Assembly: GCF_009914755.1 (NCBI RefSeq)
Contig: NC_060937.1
Origin: the human T2T-CHM13v2.0 reference genome, Homo sapiens
Direction: 5' to 3' (one strand)
Length of the DNA stretch: 64,000 nt
Notes under the pieces: generated by a model
Seen by the model: the letters and a program-made list of their open reading frames with translations, nothing else
Database searches by the model: none
What the model was told of the DNA's origin: nothing
Translations under genes and position numbers: made by a program
Shown: in pieces, positions 41,006 to 54,249 of the stretch
How positions within the stretch are numbered: position 1 is the stretch's first letter
Layout: each line of letters opens with the position of its first letter

Positions 41006-44000
41006 AGGACTATACTGTCTAATTTTAAAAGGTGCTATTTCTAATATTTTTATGTGCAATTATAGGATACGATTTGAGAGGAAGTTTTTCTGTCCAAAAT
41101 GTCTTTTCCTTTTTCTACAAATCTGCAGATGATGAAAATCCCAACATTGTTGACTAATTCCTTTGTGTTAAAGAACTCTTGTTGAAACTAACATTATCCA
41201 TTTAGAGTTATAAGATACAAACTTATTAACTATAACTTTAGTATAAAGGCCTTTCTTAAATTTTTTCTTATTGTGATTAGAGACAATAATAAAATAAAGC
41301 AGTGCAAACCGTAGTACAATATTTTGGAAAATGTTGGTGACACACTGTCACTGGGCAGGTGGGATAAGACTATGAAAAGACAGAAATAATTATAAGAAAA
41401 ACCTAAATTGTTTTACATTTTCCAAAGATGAAAATTAAGAAATTATTATTCTCCCATATGATATATATTGGAAACAGAAGTAGCAATGATCCAAAATTAA
41501 ACAGATTCTTTTTTGTTTTTATACATTTTTCTCTTAATTAAGCTAGAAACAAAAAAGGATCCAATTTAAGAAAAGGAACTATGCATTTTGTGTTGCAAAT
41601 AAGCTTAATCAAGGCAATATTCTCTCAAATATGCAAAGAATTGTTTATAAAAAGGGTTTACTAAAGCTTAAATAACATATGTACTAACAATGTACTAACA
41701 ATTTTACCTGTGTGTTTTATAATTAGACATAAACTACTTGCATATAAGTCAACTTTATTTACAAAACTTTAAAATTGGTAAACATTTCACATTAGAATGC
41801 ACCGTTCTCAGATTCTGCTGGTCTTGCTTTTGAGTTTGTAAATGTAGTATATTAAAGGTTTAGCACAATGAGAAAATCATGACATCAATGGCATTTTGTT
41901 GTCACCTTAGCAGGATGTAAGTCAGGATGAAATAAAATTAGCATCCTGAAACCTATAAAAGGTGATTTGTTTAGTAAAAGCAAAGATTAAATCCTTAATA
42001 TCATTATTTGCATATTATAATACCCACAGCAAGTGACCTAGAAATGGTACAACATTTTATTGTGACATAAATTATAGGTAAAAATATTATTATATAATAA
42101 AACTCACAGAACTTTAAAATTAGGTGATATGTAGATTCTCTACATCCTAACTCGAGTGATAAAATTGTCCATAAAAATTTTCTTCTTTGCTTATCCTCTA
42201 GGAAATTACAACCTTCAGGAAAATAAAAACTTTCTCTATTTGAATTGCTGCAGACTCCCACCATTCTGCTAATTACTCTACCCTGTCCCACTCTCTGACA
42301 TTTTGTCAGTTTTACTGAAGTAATTGTTATGTATGTTATTGAAAATTTAGTACTGAAAGTGTAATCTGATAAAAAATTTACATAACTGTTGATTGCAAAT
42401 CAGGTCTTTGAGTAAGAGGCAGACTGGAAAATCTAAGTGGCTAAGTAGCTAAAAATAAATAAACTAAGTAGCTAAAACTAAGTAGATAAAAAAGAAGGTT
42501 TCTCAAAACTTCATTCTTAAATTAGCTCCTTAACATATGAAACAGGAAAAGTAATAGTAATTGCCTACTTGAGCATCTCTCAAAATATGCAATTTATTAG
42601 TATCATTAATAAACTGTGAAATTACAACTTTACTGTGAAGAGTTACTTCATATGTCATTCTAAAAATTGATATGCTCAAAATGTCAATTAAAGTTGTTGA
42701 CACAGATTTTTATTAGATTTTTGTCAAAACCTCTTAAATTTTTAAATAATAAAGTTAATGTTTAGAATAAATTATATTGTTAAACTTTTTATTATTGCAT
42801 ATGTAAAAATAAAGCTGAATGAGTAATTATATTGTGATTTGATTTATGTAGCTTTATATACATTTGGTTATATATATGCATAGTAAAAGAGAGCAGAAAC
42901 ATGAATAATTAAAAATTCCCTTTTTTTGTATTTGGTAGTTATTTCTTTCCTAAATTTGTATGGATTAGAGGTTGAAGTGGATTGATCAGGGATTCTATTA
43001 GAGAGATAGGGTTTCATGCATTGTTCATTTGAGGCTTGTTTTTGAGAGTGAGGATAAACATAAGAGTCAGGTGTTCTATTATTACTCAAAGTGCAGGGTT
43101 CCCTGTAAAATGAATTAAGAATGAGACAAGGACTTCAGCCCAACAATAGGCCTACAAATCTTTCTTACTTGAATTGGAGATAAATAGGGGCTTACCTTAA
43201 TTTTTCATCATTCTCAACCGAAAATGGAAAGTATGAGCAGTGGGAAAGGAGAACTCAGCATGCCCTCAAAGGCCAGTCCTGCCTGAACTTCTCACCTCAA
43301 GGAGAATGAAAGTGCAAGCAAGGTACCTTCATCATGTCTGAGAACAGATAGACCAGTAGTAGCAGCAGAGATCCTAAATGGAGACTGCTTACTGCTTTCA
43401 TAATCAATATTTCTGGTCCCAAATTCAATGACATATTACCCAACAGATGCTGGGTACACAGAATATACCAACTACACTTCTTCCCAAGGGAAGCACTGGG
43501 TTCCAGAAAGTAAAGAGAGCTGAAACCCCCTTTATAACTAGGAATGACAGGATAAGTCTCTTAAGACTATATTTATTATTTTTTCATTTTATTTTAAATT
43601 AAAAATTGACACCCAAATAAAATGTGGAAGCATGTAAATAGTTTCTGAGGATTTTTAAAAAATAAAAAAAGAAAACAAATATATAGTCAATAATATTTTA
43701 AATAGCTTAATAAGAAAAGACCATATTCCAGTTTAGAGAGCATGTAATAACCAAGTACTTATATTTAGTGCAGAGTTTAATTGCTGTCAAATTTAAATTG
43801 CTATACTTAAACTGTATTATTTCACAGCCCATTCAGTTATCATGTAAAAGCACCACACATCAGTTCAGGTAAGCATGGTAGAGGTAAAATTAAGAGATCA
43901 TTTTTAAAAATGAGGACAGACAACTGCAAGTCTGTTCATCAAAATACATTGGAGGTTTTCTCCAACAGTAACAGATAAAGGAAGCTTTGCAATCAAGACC

Positions 44001-44219
44001 TGGCGAACAAGAACAACATAAGAAAATGTGCTGATGTGTGATACTACAATGGAGGGACTCAGCAGAAATGAACACAGTGCTCTTCCCAGAGGATAAAAGG
44101 CTTAACCTTTTATGCTATGCAATCTTTTAAAAAGAAATATGTGAGGTAAGGCCACCATTTCTACATAGAAATAGAAAAAAGAGATTTTCCTGGGAAATTC
44201 ACACACTTTTCAGGCAAAG

Positions 44220-44570
44220 AAACTCTGGAATCAGAAGGCACTAATGTTGAATCATTTTTCTACCAAATTACAGTTACTTTGTTGCTGTGTTGCTTTGGGC
44301 AAGTTGCCAAAATATGTTTAAAATTCATAAGGCAACTTGAAACACATGGGTTAGTTGTAGTATTCTCAAACACTGGTCTTATTTTTCATTAGCTGAGTGA
44401 TATTGAATACATTATTCCCAGGTCTTATTCCTCATATTAAAATTGTGATAATGAATGAATATTCACCATACAAGTATATCTGATAAAATCTTCCAAGGAT
44501 ATTGTGAACATAAAATTTGATAATATATGTAAAGGATCCATATTTTTGCCTGCTTTAATAAATATTAGTT
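44220..44570 (+). mobile_element. MIR fragments (probably two)
   Basis: tttgttgctgtgttgctttgggcaagttgc; ttagctgagtgatattg...cctcatattaaaattgtgataat...ggatattgtgaacataaaatttgataatatatgtaaag. Confidence 0.55.
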
Positions 44571-44679
44571 AATCTCTGTCCCTGTTAATTATAACCTCTA
44601 AGACAAAAATTTGAGAAAATACTAAATTACTCTTTTGTAGTGATTATGTCATAAATCAAAACAAAACAAAAGACCCAAG

Positions 44680-45655
44680 TATTGGCACATATTGCTAATG
44701 GGAGTGTAAATTTTTATAATTAGGAAAACATTATAGCAATTCCATTTCTACGTATATAGCCAAGATAAATAAAAACATGTTCACAGAAAATCTTGTATTA
44801 ATACATACATGTTCACAGCAACACTATGCATATCTCAACTTGTAAACAACTCAAATACTCATCAAGTGATAAATGGATATACAAAAGAGGTATACATCTA
44901 TATAACAGAATATTATTTATCCATGAAAATGAGTGAAGTATTGACATATGCTATACCATGGGTGAATCTTGAAAACATTATACCACGTGAAATAAGTGAG
45001 ACACAAAAGGCAATATATTATATGATTCATTTTTTTTGTTAAATGTCCAACATAGACAAATAGACAAAACATTAATTTGTGGTTGTATTAGGCTGTTCTT
45101 ACATTGCTATACCTCAGACTGAGTAATTTATAAGAAAAAACATTTAATTGGTTCACTGTGCAAGCGGTACAGGAAGCATAAAGTCAGCATCTGCTTGTAG
45201 GGAGGGCTCAAAGAACTTCCAGTCATGGCAGTGTGTGAAGGGGGAGCAGGTGTCTCACATGGAGGGAGCAGGAGTGAGAGAGAGAATAGGGAGGTGCTAA
45301 GCACTTGAAAATGACCAGATCTCATGAGAAGTTTTAACTATGCCTAGGACAGCACCAAGAGTATGGCACTGAATCATTCATGAGAAATTTGCCCCCATGA
45401 TCCAACCACCTCCATCCAGACCCCACCTCCAACATTCGGGGTTATATTTCAACATGAGATTCAGGGCAGGGACACACATTGAAACTGTACCAGTCGTTAT
45501 CAGGGCTTTGGCAAGAGGAGAAATAGGGAGTGATTGCTAATAGGTATGGCGTTTCCTTTGGGATAATGAACTACTCTGGAATTAATGGTGATGATTGCAA
45601 AATCTTGTGAACAGTATAAAAAATCATTGATTTGGACCTATTAAAAGGGTCAATT
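44680..45655 (+). mobile_element. L1MB-like 3' end fragment split by an MST LTR
   Basis: agcaattccatttctacgtatatagccaag...atgggtgaatcttgaaaacattat...cacaaaaggc. Resumes with gggagtgattgctaataggtatggcgtttcctttggg. Confidence 0.85.
45084..45492 (-). mobile_element. MaLR solo LTR (MSTA/MSTB-like)
   Basis: tgtattaggctgttcttacattgctat...gacacacattgaaactgtacca. TSD gtggt/gtcgt. Confidence 0.9.
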
Positions 45656-45794
45656 ACCCTTATTTGTGACCATATTCTACAGAAACAAAGCTACCAGCAA
45701 ATAAATAAAAAAGGCTTATATCCAAGTATTTGTCATGGCAAGCAACATAAATAACCATCGATAAGGAATGTTTGAATATAGTCTGATAAAATGA

Positions 45795-46060
45795 TAACAA
45801 AAGTGTTAATGTGCTTACCATGTACCTGATACTGGGTAAACACTTTGCATGTATTACATTTTTATTACTCATATCAACATTTTTGTAGATACTATTTTTT
45901 TAATTCTATAGATGAGGAAATTAAAGCATAGGAAGACAGCGATGTGCTTAAGGTGTTGGCATTGTTTGTATTCAGGAACTGAAATGATAATAATACCTAT
46001 ATCATAGGGTCGTTTTGATTATTAAATGAAATAATACATGAGAAGTGCTTAGAACAGATT
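45795..46060. mobile_element. Two MIR fragments in opposite orientation
   Basis: 45795-45955 antisense (ttctatagatgaggaaattaaagcatag); 45980-46060 sense (gaaatgataataatacctatatcatagggtcgtt...aagtgcttagaacag). Confidence 0.65.
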
Positions 46061-46077
46061 AGAAAGTCGTAGGCCTA

Positions 46078-46707
46078 TATGATGTTCGATTTTATCAGTC
46101 ATCTTTGCTGGATGCCATGGTACCCAGACACTTGGTCAAATATTATTCCAGTTGTTTCTGTGAGGTTAATTTTTACATGAGATTAACATTTAAATTAGTA
46201 GACTTTGAATAAAGCAGATTGCTCTCCATTATATGGATGGGCCTTATTAAATTAGTTGAAGGACTTAATAGAAATAAAAAAATTGACTTTTCAGGAGGTA
46301 GAGGTAATTCTGCCAGCAGACTCAAATAGCAACTCTTCCCTGGGTTTTCAGTCGTCCAGCCTACCTTGCAGATTTTGGACTTGTGAACCTCCTCCATAGT
46401 CATATGAGTCAACTCTTTAACATTGATGTCTCTTCCACCTTCTCTCTCTCTCTGTGTGTGTGTGTATATATATATATATTTACACACATACACATATATA
46501 TGTGTATTATTAAATATTACACATAATATAATATATTATGGAACATATATTATGGAACATTATATAATACATGACATATTACATATACGTGTATATATGT
46601 GTATGTATACACCTGTGTATATATACATACGTGCATATACATATGTAGGATATATATACACAAATATATACTCTGTTCTGTTGCTCTGGAAAACCATGAT
46701 GAAAACA
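46078..46707 (+). mobile_element. ERVL solo LTR, MLT2D-like, with expanded internal TA/CA tract
   Basis: ccatggtacccagacacttggtcaaatattattc...gtagactttgaataaagcagattgctctcc...cctaccttgcagattttggactt...ttctgttgctctggaaaacc. Confidence 0.85.
46441..46672. repeat. Low-complexity (TC)/(TG)/(TA)/(CA) mosaic
   Basis: Read directly. Includes the duplicated 17-mer atatattatggaacat. Confidence 0.9.
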
Positions 46708-48654
46708 TCCTTATTAAGTTTCTTTCTAATCAAGAAGAAAAAATGTAAATCGGCAAAAATTTTTATAATAACATTTTTGTAATAAGAAATTTGGTGTTTA
46801 TACATATATCTGTTTCTTATAAATAGAAAAAATGTAGAAAGATGACTATAAAGTGGAATAGTGAAAAATTACATTCAGGCATTGTATTTTGTACACATCT
46901 GTATGACCTAATTTGATTCAATAAGCATATAAAGCTTTTGTAGTTTGAAAGGAAAACTCTTTAAAATATTTAAACATTTTGAAAAAATATTTAAAAACCA
47001 ACGAAGTAAACAATAAGGACAGTAAAGCATCAGAAAAATCTATGTTATGTGAATTTGGAGGCACAATTACATACAGTGGAGTTTTAACTGACAGTAAATT
47101 GCCAGGAAAGGAAGGATTTAGCTGTGTCGTGTTCCAAACAGGCTAAACATAAAGACGGTGGGAAAAAAATCACTCTAAATTCTGAAGTTAGCAGGTTTTT
47201 TCCCTAAGGTTTCTATATACCATCCTGATTTTGTAAGTTATTTACATACCTTAGAAATTCCTACTGTTTACAGCTCCATCTAAACAGAAACATAGCCAGA
47301 TGCCTATTTGAACTGCCTATGTGTGATAATTCAACATCCTACAAATTTTTCTCCAATTAATGTTTTGGTTATTAGTTTAGCTGACATAAAACATTTATTT
47401 GGCTGAGATTTATCCAAACTCTGTGAAAGGCCCTCCTAATAAACTATGTAATATTTCTAAGAAATATAACAAATTCTTCCTTTAGGTTTTGAAGGTCTAC
47501 ATTTTTTTCCTTTAGCCCATATCTGAAAACTAATTCCTGGTGAAAAGTCGTACTAAAAGTCATATAGCAAATTGATAGCAAAGCCACAAATACAACCTAG
47601 TAATTCTTATTTTCAGGTCCAGACTTTAATCATTGAACCAGACGAGTTGCCACTTTCTCTGACTGATCACCCTTAGCATTTAATCCTTCTTCCAAGTTTC
47701 CCATTTATAGAGGTGACATAATTCAAAATTTCTGCATGGTTCACACGACAGACAAAGGCATGTGTGGGATTAATTTGCTGAGGATGACAAAAATTACAAA
47801 ACTGAAATGGTTTGGGATATTAAACCCAAAATATGCTTGATATTTCAGAAGGGAAAACTGTTCCCCAAAATAACAAAGATGTGCAGTGTGTCATTGCAAT
47901 AATCCCTTCGTCTCACTCTATCAAATGCACACAAGGGCTTGAAAATAAATGTAAGGAATTATTTACCAGAGATGCTGATGCATAAAGACATATTCAAACT
48001 CGAGAGAACACATTTCTATCAGCTTCAGTGCCAACATCCTCAAAGCTGCAAGGCTAAACATTCTACATCCTGAAATTAGCATCTTAAGCTTCATGAAATA
48101 GTGTAGAAAGTGCTATAGCCAGGATACTACAGTGCACAGCTGCCACCGGGGATTCCAGGGTGTTATGTATATTCTAAAGGGCATGGACATAGGGGATGCA
48201 GCTGCTTCTCGCCTTGATAGAAGAATAGCTGTTGCTTCTTATCCACAAGCTCAGGACCTCATATTTTTCGTCAGCTTAACAGGGGAAGCAGCATAACATG
48301 CTGCTAAAGAGCAACATGTTTCAAATTGAATGATAATTTTTTATAGGTAATTGAGGTGAGTAAAAATAGAAGCGAATTGTTTTAGTTTATTTTCTTGAAT
48401 TTTTCTTCTTCACTCACGCTTCTCATTGAATAACTCAGAAAATTAAAACATTCTTCTGAATACTCACAGTAAAACAACCATGTCTGATTAAATCTCTGAT
48501 GCATTGAAGTTAGAAGAGACCCAATATCAAATCTAGATTAACCAGCATCTTACTTATTTTAGATAGAGCTTCATCGTGTTGTGTGTTTGGAGGCATGTGG
48601 ATGTGTGCTTTCCTTTTTTCTCTGCTAGGATCTTGTCTATAAGCTGAAACTTAC

Positions 48655-48777
48655 CTAAGGCAATAGCAGACTCTTAAGTGCAGGTACTTCTCATAGACAT
48701 TGGAAGTAGCCCACTTGGATACATATCTTCTGAAAGTTGATTGTTACCTTTCAGATGGCCTCACTCTTGTAACAGAC
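48655..48777 (-). other. Candidate non-coding exon (123 nt)
   Basis: Minus strand reads ctgat (branch-like)...gtgtcttttgtacag|GTCTG...CCTTAG|gtaagt. All three frames contain stops. Confidence 0.3.
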
Positions 48778-49319
48778 CTGTACAAAAGACACTTTGGAAT
48801 CAGTCTTTGCAGTCTGCCTTGTGAAAGAGATGTTGTTTACCTGGTTTGTCCGAAGTGGGTAGCATAATCATACCTGTAGTAGAACCCATGCTGTCCGTAG
48901 TTATTAATAATATCTGAAAGTTTTCTATTATAAACACCTTAAAAATTAATCATTGAAATCACTTTGAGAAACATATAGACATCTATAACCAAATATAGAA
49001 ATTACTTAAATCATTTTTTTCGAATATTCTGCAAATTTTCACTCAAGGATTTCCTGAAACTCAGCCAAATATATCATTTCATCTTTGAGAAAAGTCTCTG
49101 AGACTATCTTAATCAATCATTTCCTTTTTTTGAATCCTAGCTCATCATATGAAGCTACACATAGAAGTCTCATGCTGTTTCAAATACCATGTTTCTGCAT
49201 TTAAATGGTCATTTTCATATTTGTTTTTTGTTTTGATTTTAGTTTTCATTCCTTGAACACTGTGTTTCAGGTCTGACTGTCCATCCTTTACATGATATTT
49301 AACAAGATTGTGTCCTAAG

Positions 49320-49860
49320 AGAGCATAATTTCTAGAGCTTGAAGGGAGAAATCAAGAGTTCTGTTATAAGCACAATCCATTTGTGATGCTGTTACCTACC
49401 GAAGCCATGTAGCAAATTGGACAGTTTGATAAATGAATGTGAAGCTCAAGGGAATGGTTAGTTCTGACAAATAAACATCAGAGTCAATCTGTGGAGTTTC
49501 TAAAATTAAACGTAGAAAGCATAGGGGCCAGCAAAGGGAATGACATTGGGAGGCAAGAGTGTAATGGTGTCCCTTACACGAAGTGAAGTAAGTATTATAA
49601 GAAGAAAGGAGTCATTAGTAATGTCAAATACTGCTGAGAGTCTAATCAATTGAGAGCTTAGAATTCGCCACTGGCTTTGGCTTAGTGAAGTTGTTATGAA
49701 CTTGGAAAGGACAATTTCTTTGGAGAAGTAGAAATGAAAACCTAATTATCGTGATTGAAGGAATGCATCAAACAAGAAAATGAAAAGCAGTATGGGCAAA
49801 TATTTCACTCAGTTTTGCAATAAAGGGAATAAAGAAATGGAAAGATAAGTGAAGATCTTC
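49320..49860 (-). mobile_element. L2 fragment
   Basis: gggagaaatcaagagttctgtt...atgtcaaatactgctgagagtctaat...ccactggctttggc...ttttgcaataaagggaataaagaaatgg. Confidence 0.7.
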
Positions 49861-51004
49861 TTATGAGCAATACTTTTACTATTTTTTGAAAAATCATTGA
49901 ATGGTATTATAAAGAATAACTAGCAAAAATGGGTATAATAAATTTTCTGCTCTCAGAGAACTTTATATGCAATATCATTTGCATCATTTATATTAATGTC
50001 ACATAAAAAGATGATTAGTTTCAATAGATCTTAATTTGAAATTTTGCTTCTGTTGGTCCTCTACAATTTTTGGTTATCTTTGATTATTTTGCAGTTAATG
50101 TGGAAAATGAAGAAAAGCAACTAACCCTGAAACTTTGAACAATATGTTATATTTAAAATCTATTTTTATTTTAAAACAAATCATTCAAATACATAGAGGG
50201 TTATAATTATATTTGTATAGTAACACATGTCCTATAGTTCTTCATAGTGACACGAATTCCCTTCTATCACCCATTATAGTTGTGAGGTATGATAGTGTCT
50301 TGATATTATATTATAGTTTTCTATTGCAGAAAAAAATCCTCAGGAAATAAAGGAGGTTGGTTGCAACTCTTAAACCCCTTAGTAGACATATTAAAAGAAT
50401 AATGCAGTGGAAATTACGCATGTGAATGGCCTTCCTTTATTTCCATAAAAGTATTTCTTTACAATTTATTTTATTTCTTCATAATGATGTTGCTATTGCT
50501 TTTAAACAGAATATAAAGCCTTTCATAATTTTGTTCACACAATTTTGTTTACATACGTTTTCTCTATATTATTTCATGTAAATTTATCAGTATGGATGCC
50601 TCATTAGTAATATATATTTGTACTCATAAAATGAAGTACAAACTTTAAATCTTTAACATCACCCTATCTCCAATCTACCAGAGCAACAAAGAAAAATGTG
50701 CTGCCTTCCTTGTGATAATAGTAACATTGATCATTGCATCTTTCACATGAGACCTCAGCTTTCTTTGACAAGTTCATTCCTGAAGCATTTTTTTCTATAA
50801 AGTTAATAATTACTTTTTATAGACCTCCACGTAGTATTTCAAGGCAAAGCATCCACTAAGTTATATTAGATATAAATTTGCCACTGTATGTTTTCTGAGT
50901 GATTTCTCAGAAATCTTGAACTTGCCATGCAAGAAAGATTTTTCACTCCACTAATCCTTCAAGCATTTTCTTTGGCTGCTTTCTGTGATGTTACATTGGA
51001 TGAA

Positions 51005-51182
51005 GAAAGCATAACCCCTGGATTAATAATATAATTACCACTTAGGAACTTGTTAGACACGCAAATTGTTTTGTTTCACTCCAGACATAATGAATCAGAA
51101 TTAGGAGACAGGCTTAGAAGTTTGTAGTTTAAAAAGCCTTCAGATCATTCTGATGTTAGCTAAATTTTGAGATCCTTTGCAC
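51005..51182. mobile_element. MER5A-type MITE
   Basis: ggaacttgttagacacgcaaatt...ccagacataatgaatcagaa...tttaaaaagccttcagatcattctgatg. Confidence 0.7.
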
Positions 51183-52140
51183 AAGGAGAAATCATAATAT
51201 AATTACACTGATTTTCTGTTATAATTATTTAAAAGCTGTTTTTAAAGAGTTGAGTAGCACTAAGGTGCACTTTTCCTCTATTTCTGTATGAAACTTTCAT
51301 AGCTTATCTCAGTGGAGAAATTGTTTCAAGGTTATATAGAGGTTAAAGTAATTAAACGTGTTGATCTAATTACCTTTATGTAAATTCAAACTAATTTCTT
51401 ATTCTGTTGATATTTTTGACTTTGTAAATTTAGACATGGTACATTTTTTCCCTTTTTAATCATATATTCATATTGCAGATTTTCCTTTTATTTAACTTAA
51501 ATGATTTTTGTAAATCTTTGAATGATACAGTGAAATTTGCTACTTTTTTTGTCTTTTGCTCAACTATTTTCTTTGTCATCCACTGAAAATTGGAGAGGAT
51601 CTCCAGACTCAAAGCCTAAAAAAAATTCTATGATCTTCCTTCTTGTAAGCTTATAAAGTTTATACACTAATCATGGATGTATGAGGACTTAACAGTTCAA
51701 GTGCAAGTCCATGTCTGTCATCCTTTCCGGTGCAAGTCTCATAGCATGCTTAAAAATTTTACTCTGAAAACACTGGTGGGCAAAAAAATACGGTTTGGCA
51801 CCTATCTAACGGCAGGTAACAAAAATGGAAGAAAAAACATTTTCTTAAATTACAGAGGCCTTTCTTTAAAGAAGGTTCCTAAAAACAGAGTTTAGTCTTT
51901 GCGTATTCAGTATTTCAATAAGACAGTACTTACTGTGTCCGGAATTGGTGGATTCTTGGTCTCACTAACTTCAAGAATGAAGCCGCAGACCCTTGCGGTG
52001 AGTGTTATAGTTCTTAAAGGCGGCGTGTCTGGAGTTTGTTCCTTCTGATGTTGGCATGTGTTCGGAGTTTCTTCCTTCTGGTGGGTTCCTGGTCTCACTG
52101 GCTTCAGGAGTGAAGCTGCAGACCTTCGCTGGGAGTGTGA

Positions 52141-52441
<301 letters not shown>

Positions 52442-52654
52442 AGTGTTACAACGCTTAAGGCGGGGCATCTGGAGTTGTTTGTTCCTCCTGGGGGGTTCCT
52501 GGTCTCGCTGGCCTCGGGAGAAAAGCTGCAGACCTTCACAGTGAGAGTTACAGCTTATAAAGGCAGTGTGGACCCAAAGAGGGAGCAGCAACAAGATTTA
52601 TTGCAAAGAGGGAAAGAACACAACTTCCACAGTGGGGAAGAGGATCCCAGAGGG

Positions 52655-53120
52655 TTGCCACTGCTGGTTCCTGCAGCCTGCTTTTATTCTCTTATCTGGC
52701 CCCACCCACATCCTGCTGATTGGTCCATTGTACTGAGAGCCGATTGGTCTGTTTTACAGAGAGCTGATTGGTCCGTTTTGACAGGGTGCTGATTGGTACG
52801 TTTACGATCCCTGAGCTAGACACAAAAGTTCTCCACATCCCCACTAGATTAGCTAGATACAGAGTGTGGATTGGTGTATTTACAAACCCTGAGCTAGACA
52901 CAAGGTGCTGATTGGTGTGTTTATGAACCTTGCGCTAGAGACAGAGTGCTGATTGGTGTATTTACAATCCCTTAGCTAGACATGAAGATTCTCCAAGTCC
53001 CCACCAGAGTAACTAGATACAGAGTGCCGATTGGTGTATTCACAAACCCTGAGCTAGACACAGGGTGCTGACTGGTGTGTTTACAAACCTTGTGCTAGAT
53101 ACAGAGTGCTGATTGGTGCA
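52655..53120 (-). promoter_or_regulatory. LTR12C U3 enhancer/promoter: nine CCAAT (NF-Y) boxes and an AATAAA TATA-like box
   Basis: Nine intact ATTGG on the plus strand between 52719 and 53116, plus one mutated to ACTGG. AATAAA on the minus strand at 52683-52688. The ERV9 LTR promoter architecture is established; activity of this copy is untested. Confidence 0.75.
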
Positions 53121-53199
53121 CTCACAATCCCTTAGCTAGACATAAACGTTCTCCAAGTCCCCACTAGTCAGGAACCCAGCTGGTTTCACCCAGTGGATC

Positions 53200-53765
53200 T
53201 CGTACCAGGGCCTCAGGTGGAGCTGCCTGCCAGTCCCGCGCTGTGCATCCGCACTCCTCAGCCCTTGAGCGGTGGATGGGACTGGGCGCCCTGGAGCAGG
53301 GGGCGGCGCTCGTCCCAGAGGCTCGCGCAACGCAGGAGCCCACCGGCGGGGGTGGGGAGGCTCAGGCATGGCGGACTGCAGGTCCCGAGCCCTGCCCCGC
53401 GGGGAGGCAGCTAAGGCCCAGCGAGAAATCGAGCACAGCAGCTGCTGGGCCAGGTGCTAAGCCCCTCACTGCGCGGGGCTTGCGCGCCCACCGGCCGGCC
53501 GCTCCGAGTGCGGGGCCTGCCGAGGCCACGCCCACCCGGAACTCGCGCTGGCCCGCAAGCGCCGCGCGCAGCCCTGGTTCCCGCCCGTGCCTCTTCCTCC
53601 ACACTTTCCCGCAAGCTGAGGGAGCCGGCTCCCGCCTTGGCCAGCCCGGAAAGGGGCTCCCACGGTGCAGCGGTGGGCTGAAGGGCTCCTCAAGCACGGC
53701 CAGAGTGGGCGCCAAGGCCGAGGAGGCCCCGAGAGCGAGCGAGGGCTGCCAGTATGCTGTCACCT
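53200..53765. promoter_or_regulatory. CpG-island-like segment within LTR12C U3
   Basis: The only long GC- and CpG-rich stretch in the window (gcgccgcgcgc, ccggccggcc, GC boxes). Confidence 0.7.
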
Positions 53766-54161
53766 CTCATTATTATTTGCCGATGGGAGTGGAGAAGGAG
53801 ACTTGGTGATAACAGGACTGAAAACCTTGTGTAGGTGAGTAAGCTTAATGCACTAGTCAAGAGATATTACCAAAATGAAGCATCACAAAAGAGAAGTTAA
53901 ATTAATATTAGTAAGATTCATAGACAGTAATGTGGTTGAGAAAACTTGTATGTGCCCAAATGAGAAATATCCTCTGGCAGTTTGCAGAAATAATTTGGAC
54001 ATATTTTCTGGAGTTCCTTTTATAGAAACTGAGTGATTACTAAGGAAAAATTCATTTCAAATAGGACAGTATCATTTTTATGCCCAGGCTGATATGGTCC
54101 ACATAGAGGAAATTTATGTAAACGTACAAAGAGTCACCAGACATCGTTCAACTGGAGTTAG

Positions 54162-54211
54162 ATTGTATTGTATTGTATTGTATTGTATTGTATTGTATTG
54201 TATTGTATTGT
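54162..54211. repeat. (ATTGT)10 microsatellite
   Basis: Read directly. Confidence 0.95.
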
Positions 54212-54249
54212 CTCCTGGACAATACTGGACAACTTTCTCTGATAACAGT

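Noticed and set aside
39385-42490. Several 10-17-bp tandem duplications (near 39390, 40500, 41680, 42450; also 14640 and 25830)
   Set aside because: Ordinary slippage duplications, common in AT-rich DNA, with no shared motif.
46173-46805. Hydrophobic Tyr/Ile-rich ORFs
   Set aside because: Low-complexity TA/CA tract within the MLT2 LTR.
52700-53165. Regularly spaced repeats resembling a CRISPR array
   Set aside because: These are the tandem ~40-bp enhancer repeats of LTR12, with no unique spacers and no cas genes, in primate DNA.
53136-53809. Cluster of 60-188 aa ORFs on both strands
   Set aside because: All lie in the GC-rich U3 of LTR12C, where stop codons are rare. The peptides are Ala/Pro/Arg/Gly-rich with no domain.
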